Assembly (NCBI RefSeq): GCF_963853765.1
Contig: NC_088862.1
Coordinates: 29,884,001 to 29,948,000, forward strand
Length of the DNA: 64,000 nt
From: Magallana gigas
Taxonomy: Eukaryota
Reading direction: 5' to 3'
Shown: piece after piece, positions 24,354 to 37,217 of the stretch
Layout of the letters: each line of letters starts with the position of its first letter
How positions within the stretch are numbered: position 1 is the first letter of the stretch
The notes under the pieces: model-generated
The model's input: the letters and a program-made list of their open reading frames with translations, nothing else
Told to the model about the DNA's origin: nothing
The model's database searches: none
Made by a program: the position numbers and the translations under genes

Positions 24354-26074
24354 GAATGAATGAATAGAGATTAAATCTTTTTCCACAAATACTTTTTATG
24401 AAAGACGCTGTCTGAGAAATATCTGACCCACTTCCATTAAAAGCGTTGCTAAATATAGCTACATATCCCTCTCTGATTGATAATCACTGTATTTTGGCAA
24501 CTTCCTTTCATTTAGCTAAGTGATGGTAATTATACAATCTAAAACTCGCATATACCGCTTCCCGTTACTGAAGCTTTTCTGACTCTTTGTGCTCAATTTA
24601 CGGTAAAACTATCGATTTATGCGCTGCTCTTTTATAACTATATAATAAGTCAAATTATGAAAACAATGCGGCTCGTGTAACATGCTTTGCTAATAAAGGG
24701 TATTTGTTGTTTTTTTTAATTTTCGTCGAAGATAAATATTGATGATGAAAAAATCGGAGACAAAAAGTCGTAGTGTTTATATAGACCTAAGCGCCTTCTG
24801 TACTTTCAATACACTGATGAAAATGTTGAAAAAAATCATACCGCATATATAGAGATGTGCATAATGAGTTAGTAGTAAAGGCATTATACAAAACATTTCT
24901 TTAACTATATACTTAAGTGGGGAAAATATTGGCAATATAAATTTTTTAATTGATTTTAAAGTTCAGAATATTTGACTCGATAACATGTAACGACCCACAT
25001 GGTGAATAGATTGTAATGTTTTTCAATATTACACTAAATGACAGATATCACTTTATCTGCTCGAGATCGGTTTAGAGTGTAAAAAGTGTCTTATGGATTG
25101 AAGTCAACCTTACTCCTTTAGACTGAGACAAAGTACCATTAAAGCCCTTCTCACTACTGAAAACTTTGACAAAAGTGCAAGTCGTACAAAGGAGAACCGG
25201 GCTATAGCTTTGCCAAACAATGTTTGCATACCTTATATGGTATACTCTTGCTCTATTTGCCTTTAAAGCATCTGCCGTATATAATCATTGCATCATCATG
25301 CTGATACGAAGATAGCAAACATTGAAGAAAAAAAAAATAGATAATTGACGTATATTTAATTTTGTCTGCAGTAATTGCTACCTTCATAGTCTTTGTGAGG
25401 TAATAAAGATTGAATTATTTTATTTTGTTGTTTATATTCTCAGACTATGTATACACATTATGCATCATAACTTCATGAACGCAAATGGTAGTTAGAAACA
25501 TGAAAGCAATTGCAGCTAGAATGCCGTCATTCGTGTAGAACATTGTTTACTCATTCGTAAAGTCCGAAATCTAGTTGTTTATCTGTTGTATAACCTGTAC
25601 GAATCATCAAAGAAAGCATTTTATTGTTTATATTTACTTTTTTCTTTCAAAGTAATAAATTGATCGTAAAAACAAAGAAAAATTAACGAAATTGATTTCA
25701 ATCCCGTCAGCTTCAACATAGCTATGAATTGCAATCAATCTCCGAAAGAAAAAGGGGGAATCATACTTAAGAATCGTACATCGTAAGCCCGTAGCCCATC
25801 CACACGTCAAATTCTCCTGACTCCTGACAAACATCCCCTCCTTAAAAAACAGACCTTGAGACCCCCCCCCCCCCCCATCCCCCTTTTCAAACCGACCGCC
25901 CCCACTTAAAAAAAAAGTTTCGATTGAGTTCTGTGGATTACTGGGTATAACTTACCAAACAGTGTTCACCGACAGCACACGTGACTTTTTCTGCCTTTTG
26001 ATTGGTCCGGGGATCAAGATGACAGTCGTGTTGGATACATTTCCAGCATTCTAGACTCTGCACAACATGGAAAT
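23698..26074 (-). CDS. Ly6/uPAR (three-finger, quiver/sleepless-like) GPI-type protein; two exons, signal-peptide exon not located
   Basis: Exon 26074-25956 (phase-1 acceptor CTCTAG/, FHVVQSLECWKCIQHDC..VTCAVGEHCL, donor /GTAAGT) joins in frame to exon 23955-23698 (KVRFQMF..RSCSPYTC..CSLRSCCNDRDLCNSGSAPASVLLLTVVLQILLLIT-stop). CCxxxxCN motif plus hydrophobic tail. Confidence 0.85.
24116..24349 (+). repeat. Two (GA)n microsatellites (about 24116-24168 and 24276-24349)
   Basis: Direct reading. Confidence 0.97.
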
Positions 26075-27801
26075 CTAGAGAGTATAAATATAATTTTGAA
26101 AAATAAAAACATCTTTAACGAGGATCTATGGCCGCGTACTTTTATGACATTTTCTATCTTCAGAGAAAGAAGAGTTGGATGAATGTTATCTACCAATCGC
26201 AACTTTTTTGGACCCTTTCCGAATCACAAGCGGAAAACAACCTTAAACGTAGTAGGAACTACAAGGGGTCAATGATACTTCCACCATTTTTTATAGAGCT
26301 TGATATAAATGCAAGATAATTTATTATCAGTCGAGATCTGAGACACGCTTAATAAAAAGCCATTACAATAATCCCAATAATACATTACAAAAGACACATT
26401 CAAGGCTGTCTAGACAATCAGTAAACTGATTGGTATCGACTCCATGCTGTTTATACAATTCTTATTTTCGGTGATGTTGCTCCATTCGGGATGTTTTCCG
26501 TCGAAAAGGGTCGAAAAGTTGCAATTGTGTTATTTACATAATTTGTATATATGTGTCATTTGGATTCAAACAAATTATCTAGCAGAATGCAAATGATAAT
26601 TTATACTGCGCCAAACTGGCTTAAGTTTGAGTAAGGTTAAAAATTAGAGCTTGAATATGATTGTTTTTATAGTTTTTTATTTTTCTAATTTGCTTTTTTT
26701 AAATTCCTTAATGGTAATAGACAACACAAGTGTCCAATGCGCGGCATACTGCAGCAGCCCAGTGTAGGTAGATACAAGTTTTTTACATTTCTCAATAAAT
26801 AATTTAAATATTTTTCATGAAATTTAAATGAATAAAAAAATAATTGATAAAAGAAATAAGAATTTTAAAAGAATTCGATATTCTTAACGAATGTACGTCA
26901 AATCAATAGTAAACAACGTCTACATGATACACCAGGACAAACCAAAGCTCTTTAGAAGAAGGTTATTAAAAGAATAAAAGTTCGACATGTATTTACATTT
27001 ACACTTTACAAATTTTGAATCTTAAAAATATCCATTTTTGCAGAGTTCTTTTTGATTATTTTTTATAAGAATTAAATAACTTTTTTTTTTCAATTTGTGT
27101 AGTTTTTAATAAGAATATGACAACTTTGATAGACGTAATATTTGGAGATGTTCCTCTTTGGAATATCAATCGATATACTAGTGAATTGATGTTTCTTTCA
27201 TTTCATGCAAACTTAAGTATTGCTCATTGCCTATTACAATTTAAGCAAAAAGTATATTGTAGTAGTTTTGTAATTTACTTTTTAAAAAAAAGGGGGGGGG
27301 GGGGGAATCATCCCGTTTCCCGATATGGTCTCAGAACAATTGTGTTTTTTTGTAAAAATTTAAATCAATGTAAAGCGTTTTTCATTTAAAGTTTTTACAT
27401 GTTCTGTTTACCACCAATATCTGCCAAAAGATGTTTTTCAAATTGAATCAAATTACAGAGACGGAGACATCTTAATGAATTAAATTATAGAGAAAGAGAA
27501 ATCTTAAACATCAAAAACCAAGTCGCAATGCAAATCCCCTCGAACCCATTTGACGACGTACAACCTACGTCAAAATTGAAAAGTGGTAGTATCGAAATTA
27601 AATGTCCACTTTGGGATTATCTTACATCGTAAATCAGAAAGTTTATTTGATTATTTATCTATACACTCTGTCAATAACTCATTCCATCTATAGCTGTGGA
27701 AGTCGTAATTTTTTTTTACCATGAGATTTGCTTAACGGTATCTCTGATTTTTTAAAAAAAACCCATAAACATTAATATATAAGTAAAGTACATGTATTTA
27801 C

Positions 27802-28198
27802 CAGGCACGTAGCATCAGGGGGGGCCAGGGGGGGCCTGGCCCCCCCACTTTTTCTCGCAGCAGCAAATTTTTTAAAATTTACATATAAAAAAATGAATTA
27901 TAATGGAGTTGGCCCCCCCACTTTTTTGGAAGTTAGTAAAAAATTGGTATGAAAATTAGGAAATGAGTAATTGAAGTTCTCGCCCCCCCCCCCCCCCCCC
28001 CCCACGGATTAGGAATTTCATGATTTGGAGGGGAAAAAAATTTGGTAGGGAAGAACTTTTTTTGAGCTGAGTCTACCCCCCCCCCCCCCCACGGATTAGG
28101 ATTTTGAAGATTTTGGAAAACTTTAAATTTCCCTTTTTTGCTTGTCAAGATTTTTTGGATGGGTCTGGCCCCCCCCCCCACTTTCAAAAACGATGCTA
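27802..28198. mobile_element. Poly-C/G MITE whose right TIR runs into the assembly gap
   Basis: Left end CAGGCACGTAGCATC. Right end ...CGATGCTA then N, matching the start of the expected GATGCTACGTGCCTG. A related fragment lies at about 40495-40633. Confidence 0.75.
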
Positions 28199-28398
28199 NN
28201 NNNNNNNNNNNNNNNNNNNNNNNNNNNNNNNNNNNNNNNNNNNNNNNNNNNNNNNNNNNNNNNNNNNNNNNNNNNNNNNNNNNNNNNNNNNNNNNNNNNN
28301 NNNNNNNNNNNNNNNNNNNNNNNNNNNNNNNNNNNNNNNNNNNNNNNNNNNNNNNNNNNNNNNNNNNNNNNNNNNNNNNNNNNNNNNNNNNNNNNNNN
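28199..28398. other. Assembly gap (200 N)
   Basis: Run of N. Confidence 1.
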
Positions 28399-28490
28399 TT
28401 TCATGGAACAACTTAATATCGAAATCCAGAAAAACACCTTAAATTACAGCAGCCTAGCTGCTATACATCATGTTATAAAGGTGGACCTAC

Positions 28491-31400
28491 CTGATTCTCC
28501 CTGCTGTTGGCTTTAGGCCACAAATCCCACACATATTGGCAGGGATTCTTATACTGCCACCGATGTCCGTACCGATCCCTAGTATAGAACCTCCCGCAGC
28601 TATCAGCGCCCCTTCCCCTCCGGATGACCCCCCGGGGCCACGATTCGTGTCCTGAGGGTTCAAAGTTCGACCATATATTGGATTTGAACACTCAAAGGTC
28701 ATCATGGTTTGAGGGACGTTGGTGCGGACAAAAGGAACTGCTCCTTGTCTCTTGAGAACCTATGGTTCAAAATATTCAAAGCATGGATGTTTGAGAAAGC
28801 CAGTCTCTTTAGTTCCCTGTCATTTTATGTGCTATAACATACATGTTTAATATGCATCTGTTAACAGTATATCATTGGTATTGCACTAGTGTGTACGTAC
28901 ACAATGACTTCAGAGTCATTTTAATGAATCTTCAGTGAAATGATAATGCCCCTCCGTGAATCAAATAAAAGGTGCGTTCTTAATTTTACTTAATTTTCAT
29001 TGAATATAAAGTCCTATCTTTTGGTTAAGACCCTTCTGTACAGTATAAATGACTTCAGGAATTATATTATATTGAGATTTCACCTTGACAACAACAGCAT
29101 CCTCTGACACAGGGTCTCCTATACATCTCTGCATGCCAGCAGTGCAGTCATATCCCTATAAACAACAAAACAGACCAATCTTACATTATTTAGTGTTAGT
29201 TAATTATGATTTACATCCTGCAAGTGTGTTTTCATACCAAGATACCGAAAAACTAATTTTTGTTTCAATTCATTTTTTTGAAATTTTTTTTTAAACAGTG
29301 ATGAGGTTGGTCATAGGAACCAATATTTTTTTTTCTTCAAATTTGACTGTCTTTAAATAACTCCCTCCTCTCCCCCCTCCCAATAATCAAAAAAACCTAC
29401 AAGGGGTACTTATGGGAGAAAGGACACATACACAATAGAGAGAATATAAGACCAGCAGAGTACCTTGATGTAGTAGTTTTCCTTGATGCTGACTGGCATC
29501 CCATGAAGGGGCCCCTTTTTTCCCGTCTTCTGATCCCTTTCAAGTGCCATCTCCTAAAAATGCCAATCATTCAGAATACTGATTTTAGAATAAACACATT
29601 AACTGCAGTTTTATTTCTTGAAGATCATTTACACCACACAAAGTATCTTGTAGGGAATATATGAAAGTTGATCAGATTAAACAATAGCTCTATAATGATT
29701 AAAATCATTATGATATTACAAAACAATACTTGATCATACAAGCATTTCATTTGATAATATTTCTTATTATATCAAACTCCTTTTGAGGAATACATGTAAA
29801 ACTTATAAACTTATAAATGACAAAACAAAGATAATATTTATACTGGGACTGATAACAAGTTATTCATGCACAGTTATACAGACAAATAGAGGAACTAATT
29901 TCTCCTGTAATACATGTAGATTTTGCCCGCCTCATTTTTTAAAACCAAGTATTGCTCCTTATTGCTGTTTTATAATTAAAACACAGCAGAATGTAGTGGG
30001 GAATACAAACTGACTGTTTTAACAATAATTTCATGGATTGGAAACAATATTAACAAAAATCAGTGTTTAAAAAATTTTTTGGTTTCCCGACCGAGGCTAC
30101 TTGAGCCCGTCAATACTTTCAGTGCTTTGATTTTATATTTATTGCTTATAAATTAACCTTCCCAAACCCACACATTACAGCAAATTACAGAAATTTAGTA
30201 GAACCTTGTTGGATCGCTCAATAGGGTATTCAATTTGGTCACCCAGGGGTCACATAAGGCTGTCCAAAGTTAATTATGTATGTTTAACCTAATCCGCGCT
30301 CGTAGGTTTAGAAGCAATTGCATTTAAGAAAAACCAAACAAAATCTATCTCAATATGATCTTTACCAGTATGATTTTACTAAACTATTGCAATCTGTAAA
30401 AATTGGAAATGTTTAGAGCACATTATGGACTATAATATATCAAATACTCCATGGAACAGCTGGCAAAAATCATTACTATAGAGGTAGCCTACATGTAACT
30501 TGAATGCTCACTGTAATGGTAATGGATAAAATCATTTGTGTGAAAATTTTGTTTGCTTTTATTTTATTGCCCTCCCTCGAAGTTTGGTTATCTGAAGTAA
30601 CGTTAAAGTGGTATGGGACACTTCCGTGTTGTGACGTATTGTTTATCGAAATAAACAATAAAATGAAGTGGAGCTTAATTTTAAATTAGTAGTTAATTGT
30701 CACCTAACAGTGTAGTGTAGTGGGTTAGAGGGTTTCCTATAAATCTGTAAGTCATGAGTTCGATTCCCGCTGGGGGTTTTACATTTTTTAACTCTCCAAA
30801 TACTTTCAAAAGCTATTTTTTGGTTAAATATTGTAAAATTTGAAAATTCTAAACTGGTGAAAGTACATGTATTCCAATTATACTGTACTTTAATCCACAT
30901 TTATTTAATATCAACAGATGTCCCATACCACCTTAAAACATAGAATTCAGTTTGGACAGATCTAAATCAGGTAAAAAAAATTTTCCTTAGCACCTGATGA
31001 TATCTCAGTGGATTCACTAACTATTGCTGATTCATTTGATAAAAAAAATCCCTAAAATCTTATAAAGAATGGTACAGTATGTATGTATTTTTCATTATCA
31101 ATAAGAGCTATATAGAAATGCATGTATCTTAAGCAACCTACTTATAATATTAATTTTAATTGCTTAGCCTTGTAAATTGTTAACATTGGAACTGTGTACA
31201 CTTCATATCTGGGGCTCTTGAAGGGGAAAGATTCAATTAAAAGATAACTGTCAGATAAAAAATTATAAAATTCAAATTCAATATATACATAAAGAGACAG
31301 GAGTTTAAAAACCTTGCAAGTTTACCTCAGTCTAACAGTGACCGGTACACATAAGTACAATATTACTTCCAGAATTTACTGTTAGTACACTGTAAATAAT

Positions 31401-34400
31401 GACCAGTAAACTTGGATATACAGTGTTTTTTTTTACTTTAAAGTCTTAATTTATACATTGGTCCTAGGGGGACTGACTGATTGACCAGTCAAAATACTAG
31501 TTATTAAACCCGAGTGACATGAATGAGTGAAAAAACAATTGTAACTCTGCCTTAATATGAACAGTTTCTGTGAGAGTTTAATTAATTGTAAGATTTTGTC
31601 TTTCTCTCACTTACCTCATCTCCCTTTTTAAGAATTTTTAAATTTATATTACACTTAGTTAAGAGTTTTAATTGACTTAATTGGCTCAAGCCCCCTTAAG
31701 TGGATGAGGAGACTGTCTGAGAACCCTACATATTGTAAACCAAGCAACAAGCAATGAGCAACAAGCAATGAGCAACAGACAATGAGCAACCACTGCTCTC
31801 AGATGCAAAACACATCTCTAGAAATAAAAGATATTCCTGCTTGCTTACTGATATTATTTATCGTGTATTTCTTCATTACGTTAATATGTAACAGTTACTA
31901 TTGCTCATTTACAAATAAAAAATAATGTTCATATTGTACATCTGCTTGGTTTACAGTATTAACAGACTGCACGATGTGTGTCTCTTATTGTGTGAATACT
32001 TCAGACATGTTTTAAGGTAAAATTCCTTACTTAATGAAAGGAATTATTATCCGCTAAAACCGCCAGATGCAGTCCTTGCAGATTTAAAAATCTCCCTGTT
32101 TAATACCAGTATATTTCGGACAGTTTCGGCCTTTATGAAATAATAAGAAAAATCAAATTTGATGCAAAAGAGCTGCAGAATCGCGAAATTAAGTACCTGA
32201 AGTGTAAAATAGGTAATTTACAGTATACAATCAGATTACACTCCACACACACTGCATACTCAAAAATAGTTGTCAAGAGATGATTTTGAAATTGTGCTGC
32301 TTTTGAGGATGTGTATTTTTAGTCAACATATTGATGGCAGAAGGTAGCATCCAATTAAAGCAAGTAAATCGCTGACCATCATGAACACAATGTACATGTT
32401 TCTCAATAGATACATTTTGCACCAACCAAAAATTGAAGCACATGTAACTTTTTAAAACATTCTGCATCAAACGTATTCCCATTTATGACTGTAAACACAT
32501 GGTAAACAATAGGTTCTTGATCAGATGCACAGAATTAGTATCCATGGTATCCAAATATAATTGCAAGAAGCACGCTTCGCTGATTCTAAAATCTTGCTAT
32601 TAATTTTTTGCAAGATGAAAACTTATTTACCATTTACCGTAGTATGATACAAAATCAGAATTTCTATTTGATGTTCTGGCAACTTGATGAATCAACTGAA
32701 TTACAAAATTAAGTAATCATTTACAAATTTGAAAATACTTGTCGGTATAAGTATATACATTACTGTGGTTTCATTAATTTTCGTGGGTATCAATTTTCGT
32801 GGATTTTCTGAAAACCACAGTTTCAAGGATACGTAATTTTGTGGCCAATGATCCTATCAATACAAAACGTTACTTGAAATTGAACTTCAACGAACATTTA
32901 ATTTTGTGGATCAACTTAACAACGAAATCCACGAAAATTGGAATTCAACGAATATTGATGAAACCACAGCATGTGTAAAAGAAACCTGGTGCCATACATA
33001 ATGGTTAGTAATACGTGGTGCCAAGTTAAACATTTCAAACTGACTCAGGATGGGGGGCACTGCTGTGCCTTTATCACATTTTATATAATATAGTGCCTAC
33101 CATGAGATATTTCTAGACAAGTAAAGACCCTGGAAAAAAAGTAAAAGATTTCTCTATTGAAAATATACATGCACAGATTTATGATAAACATGATTTTGAA
33201 AAAGACTAAAGAGTCGGAAGACTCTAAACATTAAACTTCGATATCTCGAACACTGATATTTTGAATACAATGGATATGTCGAAGTCATTTGCAAGTCCCA
33301 ACTACTTATCTTAAAAGTATTTTACCCTTGATATCTCGAAGACTCAGATATCACATAGTTTTTAAACAGTCCCATCTAATTCGAGATAATGAAGTTTGAC
33401 TGTATGTACATTCAGTTTATATACTATGTGTTGCTACTACATGTACTAGGTTAATTAATATTGCTAATTCAACTTTCAATAAGATTAAGCCTATATCAGA
33501 GATAAATGCAGCTTTCATGATAAGGATAAGACACATGTTAAAAAGACTTAATATTAGCTATTTGACAGGAAAAAGATCATTCAAAAAGCAAAAAGTCTAA
33601 CCTAACAGCGTATACTAGGTATTTTGGTCAAAATAAAGTATAAACCTTCAATGATCTTTTATATTTGCCAAAGTAATGTTGCAATTACCAGATTTTTTCT
33701 GCATGGTTTTTTTTCGTTGCATATAAAATATCTTTGAGATAACAAAAACAAAACAGATTGTTGAATATGAAAAAATGGTATTATATGTTCATATTAAACT
33801 GGTTAAACTGAATCAAAACAATGTTAACCAAGCAGAAAGGGAACTCTGTAGCTAAGCTAAATAGATGCTACCACAGTGTCTACCTACATAGACTACACAC
33901 TGCAAAGCAACTCTTAAGCTAAAAATTAAACTCAAATGAAACATATGAAATGCAAAAACTTCAAGCATCTAATAAATTCCTAGGCTACACTTTGTGTTGT
34001 AACTCTTAAGCTAAGATTAAACTGAAATTTCACCAGCATTGTTGTTCATAAGGTAAACATTGCATTGCAACTTGAAAGCTGAATACACTCAACTGAAATG
34101 TAATTGGGATCTTAGTTCACAAGCTACACAATGCAACTTGTAAGCTTAAACTCAACTGAAATGCAACCACCATCTAAATACAGGAGCTACACATTACAAA
34201 GCAACTCTTAAGCTAAAACTCAACTGAAATCCAACTGAAATTCAACTAGAATATAAGTTCTTGAACCACACAATGCATTCACCACTGACCTCGGCTTCCC
34301 AGATTGGTTCAACCACACAGTTCAGTTTACGGTCGACTTCCAGTGCAACGGCCTGGTAGCACTCACACACCTCGACAGCAGAGAGTTCCCCAGACTGTAG

Positions 34401-35610
34401 CCTTTGTTCTAACTCTGTGATTGACAGCCTCGTAATTCTTTCTGCCTTCTCTTTGGTGATCTAGGAATATTTAATTCTAAAGATTATGAGATTTTTCATT
34501 TCATAACATTAGCTAAGATTTGTATGGTTGAATGCGCCAGTCCATATATCTTTCAATGAATTCATTTGATAAACCTTTTTCACATTATTATTAAATATTT
34601 CAAAAAAGTCCAGAGCATCGTCAGGACGTGTTCTGAGAGTTTTAAGATAATTAAGATTATTTATAAGAAATAAATTTCTGTGTTTCATAAAAGAGCTTTA
34701 AAGACGACATTGCAAAAGAAACACTCAACTGTTTCTCGGTACACCTTGCTGTGTAAATATAGTACTTTAACCAAAGAAAAATGATATTAAGGATATCTTT
34801 GTTTTTACCAAGGATGCCTAGAATGAAAGTTTTCTTGGTAAATGTAACCTGAAAACTGATTTTTTCTTCTAAATAATGTTTAAAATGTTCTAAAAAAAAG
34901 ATTGAACACATTCACAATCCCACAGTATATGTTCTATAGTTTCCTCTTCTCTGTGACAAAAGGTACACATTTTAGAGTTTACTTTCTTAATTTTGAATAA
35001 AAAAGAGTTTGTTGCTAAAATTTTGTTAATTATTCTGTATTGGAACCATTGAAGTTTACAGTTTTTTGTTATTATGAAAGGTAGTTTATGGATTAATTTC
35101 CATTCCATGTCCTCTATATCTAATAATTCATTCCACCTTCTTTTACCTGTTGTCACAGAGGTATTATTGTTTAAAATATCATAAAAAAACTTTGACTTTT
35201 TACATTTCATAACTTTATGTATGTTTTCTCTAATAAGCGGGTTTGCTAATTTTCTTAAAGTTTGGTTTTCATCCAATTTTCTGATGTATGTCTTTACAGC
35301 ATGGATTATACTTCCATATTCTAAAAAGTTGACCTTTACATTAAAACCACATTTCATAAATGTGGAGCCGTATCTTTCAACCTCATGTTCTCAATTAAAA
35401 ACATCTTACCCCTTTTTGGGTCAAATGTTCGGCCATCTTCCTACATGCTGCCAGACACTCCTCTCTTTTGGCCTTGACCTTTGACTTAGCTCTGTAGTAT
35501 TTATAGATGGCATGGGAGGTTTTCAAGGTCACCAGACCTAGGAAAGCAACTGACACATTTCTCCCATTGAACCAATCCAGGTCGATTTCCAAGTCTTTGA
35601 ACCTGTTCAT
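28491..35610 (-). CDS. FAAH: Fatty-acid amide hydrolase-like amidase, 5' five coding exons (about 267 codons); 3' half not found
   Basis: Exons 35610-35410, 34460-34290, 29553-29464, 29155-29084, 28759-28491, all GT-AG and in frame. N-terminal hydrophobic segment, [12 protein letters not shown] (catalytic Lys), [63 protein letters not shown] (amidase signature with both serines). Confidence 0.9.
30703..30900 (+). mobile_element. tRNA-derived SINE
   Basis: A-box-like TAGTGTAGTGGGTTAGAG and B-box GAGTTCGATTCCCGC, followed by an AT-rich body. Does not fold into a full cloverleaf. Confidence 0.7.
31743..31790 (+). repeat. 14-bp tandem repeat, about 3.4 copies
   Basis: AGCAACAAGCAATG units. Confidence 0.9.
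32763..32969. mobile_element. Tc1/mariner-type MITE
   Basis: TA then CTGTGGTTTCATTAATTTTCGT ... ACGAATATTGATGAAACCACAG. Confidence 0.85.
33229..33402. mobile_element. CAGTCAAACTTCGATATCTCGAA-type MITE
   Basis: AAACTTCGATATCTCGAA ... TTCGAGATAATGAAGTTTGACTG followed by TA. Internal GATATCTCGAA repeats. Confidence 0.8.
33830..34280 (+). repeat. Degenerate minisatellite at the start of FAAH intron 2
   Basis: About six units containing AACTCTTAAGCTAAAACTCAACTGAAAT..GCTACACA. Confidence 0.75.
34600..35370 (-). mobile_element. 5'-truncated L1/Tx1-like LINE (3' end of ORF2 with zf-RVT), frameshifted, in FAAH intron 1
   Basis: [59 protein letters not shown], continuing in another frame as [18 protein letters not shown]. 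Confidence 0.88.
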
Positions 35611-35885
35611 GACTTAGAGTTGACCTAAAATTTAAATTGCAAAATTATTTTACATCTGAAAATCGCCAAAGAGGAACTGTGTCTGTACAGTTTCTGATTT
35701 ACTGTTTGTTTCCAAAAACAAAAGTTACCAAAGTAGATCAAATAATATGGGTTTCTTTGAATGGCAAAAACATGAATATTTAGTTGTGTTAAAAATGTTA
35801 TGTTACAGGCCATAACTTTATGTACTTTTTTAAAATGAGTAAAGTTTACAGTCACCTTTTTGACTTGACCAATATGGCACAAAAA

Positions 35886-35970
35886 TAGCTCTGTTATTAA
35901 CTTGGTAGAGCACCAGACTAGAGATTCAGGGCGACCAGATTGAGATCCTAGCTTGGTCCATCATGATATT
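35886..35970 (+). mobile_element. Degenerate tRNA-derived SINE head
   Basis: TAGCTC..TTGGTAGAGCACCAGACTAGAGATTCAGG with a decayed B box. Confidence 0.5.
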
Positions 35971-36169
35971 GGAAAGGAGGAATAAGCATATAAAAACAAT
36001 GAAAATATATGGCTGGACTGGAAACTGTAAATGAAAGTTAACTCCTGCCAGGCAAAAAAACCTGAGATGTTGATCATTGAGGTTGCGCAAAGATTATTCA
36101 GAGGGGAAGAAATGTGATGGTTGATCAGTTTGATTGCTAGCACACAAAAAGTGGGCTATGTTCTAATGT

Positions 36170-36290
36170 TGTGAAATGAATTGAACCCTGGACCCCAGCA
36201 ACTCTATTCAGGAGCTCTCCCACTGAGCTACCCAGGCCGATTTCCACAATCCATATAGCCCCATGCAACTACTACAATATTTTACATCTT
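36170..36290 (-). mobile_element. tRNA-derived SINE head
   Basis: Reverse strand reads GGCCTGGGTAGCTCAGTGGGAGAGCTCCTGAATAGAGTTGCTGGGGTCCAGGGTTCAATTC. Confidence 0.65.
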
Positions 36291-36419
36291 TTTTGTGTTA
36301 TAGAGGTTATTTATTATAGTCTGTCCCAAGTTATTGCTTCCATCGCTTTTTGATGATTTTTAATAAAATTACACATACCTGTGAAAGAAATACAGTTGAA
36401 ATCGTTAAAAGGGAATATA

Positions 36420-37217
36420 CTGGTACTGTACCAGTTATCGGCTGAGACCAGTTATCGGCTTAACTGAGAGTTCGGGTTTAAAGCACATATCAATCCAAGA
36501 TTTTTTAATTCAGTCGTCTGTTTCGAATTAAGAAAAGTATATTTGCTTGAAAACTTTCTTGAATATGTTTTATACATGAGCTTAAACGATCATTGTTTAC
36601 CGCTGAGTTTACATCTTTGCACTTTCAGCAGTGGGGGAAGTGACGTAATAAGTTAAAAATAGAATAATACTCCTTTCTGATACGTTATTATATCCCTTCT
36701 ATGATTTCACATATAAAATCAATACATTTAACATGTATAAACAAAAGGAATTCACAAATTTCCGACAGATTCGTAGCGCAATTCAACGCTTGATTGCATA
36801 ATTATGTTTTGAATAGTCTACGATTTGGTGTATTACCGTCTGATAATAAACGAATAATTTTATGAGTTTTGTTTATAATGTATCATGACCCCGACTACTT
36901 TAGTATGACCCCACAAGGGGCATAATTCAAACTATATTTAGCAGAGTATAAAATCGACATGAACACGCACTTTACTATGTTATTATCACGAAGCCGATAA
37001 CTGGTACAGTAAATCGTAAAAACTCGGCAAAATCGGGGCGCGCTAAAAAACAAAAAAAAAAAGATGTTTTGGGTTCTAAATAATGATATAAACTAACAAA
37101 TTGATAAATAAGGAGTTCACTTTTAAAAGTATGTCAAATTTTATCCAAAAATATCAAGAAATGAGGAATTACGAAAAGAAAACGTTAAATTTTAGCCGAT
37201 AACTGGTACAGTGCCAG
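36420..37217. mobile_element. About 800-bp non-autonomous TA-target DNA transposon
   Basis: TA/CTGGTACTGTACCAGTTATCGGCT ... AGCCGATAACTGGTACAGTGCCAG/TA, with extra internal copies of CCAGTTATCGGCT. Confidence 0.88.

Noticed and set aside
24044-24386. ORFs with SLSLSL runs (also 42148-42357)
   Set aside because: Translations of (CT)n/(GA)n microsatellites.
25740-25830. Possible extra Ly6 or FAAH exon (ESGEFDVWMGYGLTMYDS)
   Set aside because: Ends in a stop, matches neither family, and the flanking Ly6 exons already join in frame.
26100-27800. Candidate signal-peptide exons for the Ly6 gene
   Set aside because: None combined an ATG, a hydrophobic core and a phase-1 GT donor convincingly.
28104-28516. 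ORFs containing long X runs (also 57450-57831)
   Set aside because: Artefacts of translating through N gaps.
30703-36290. tRNA-like sequences as tRNA genes
   Set aside because: A/B boxes are present but there is no intact acceptor stem or anticodon arm; treated as SINE heads.
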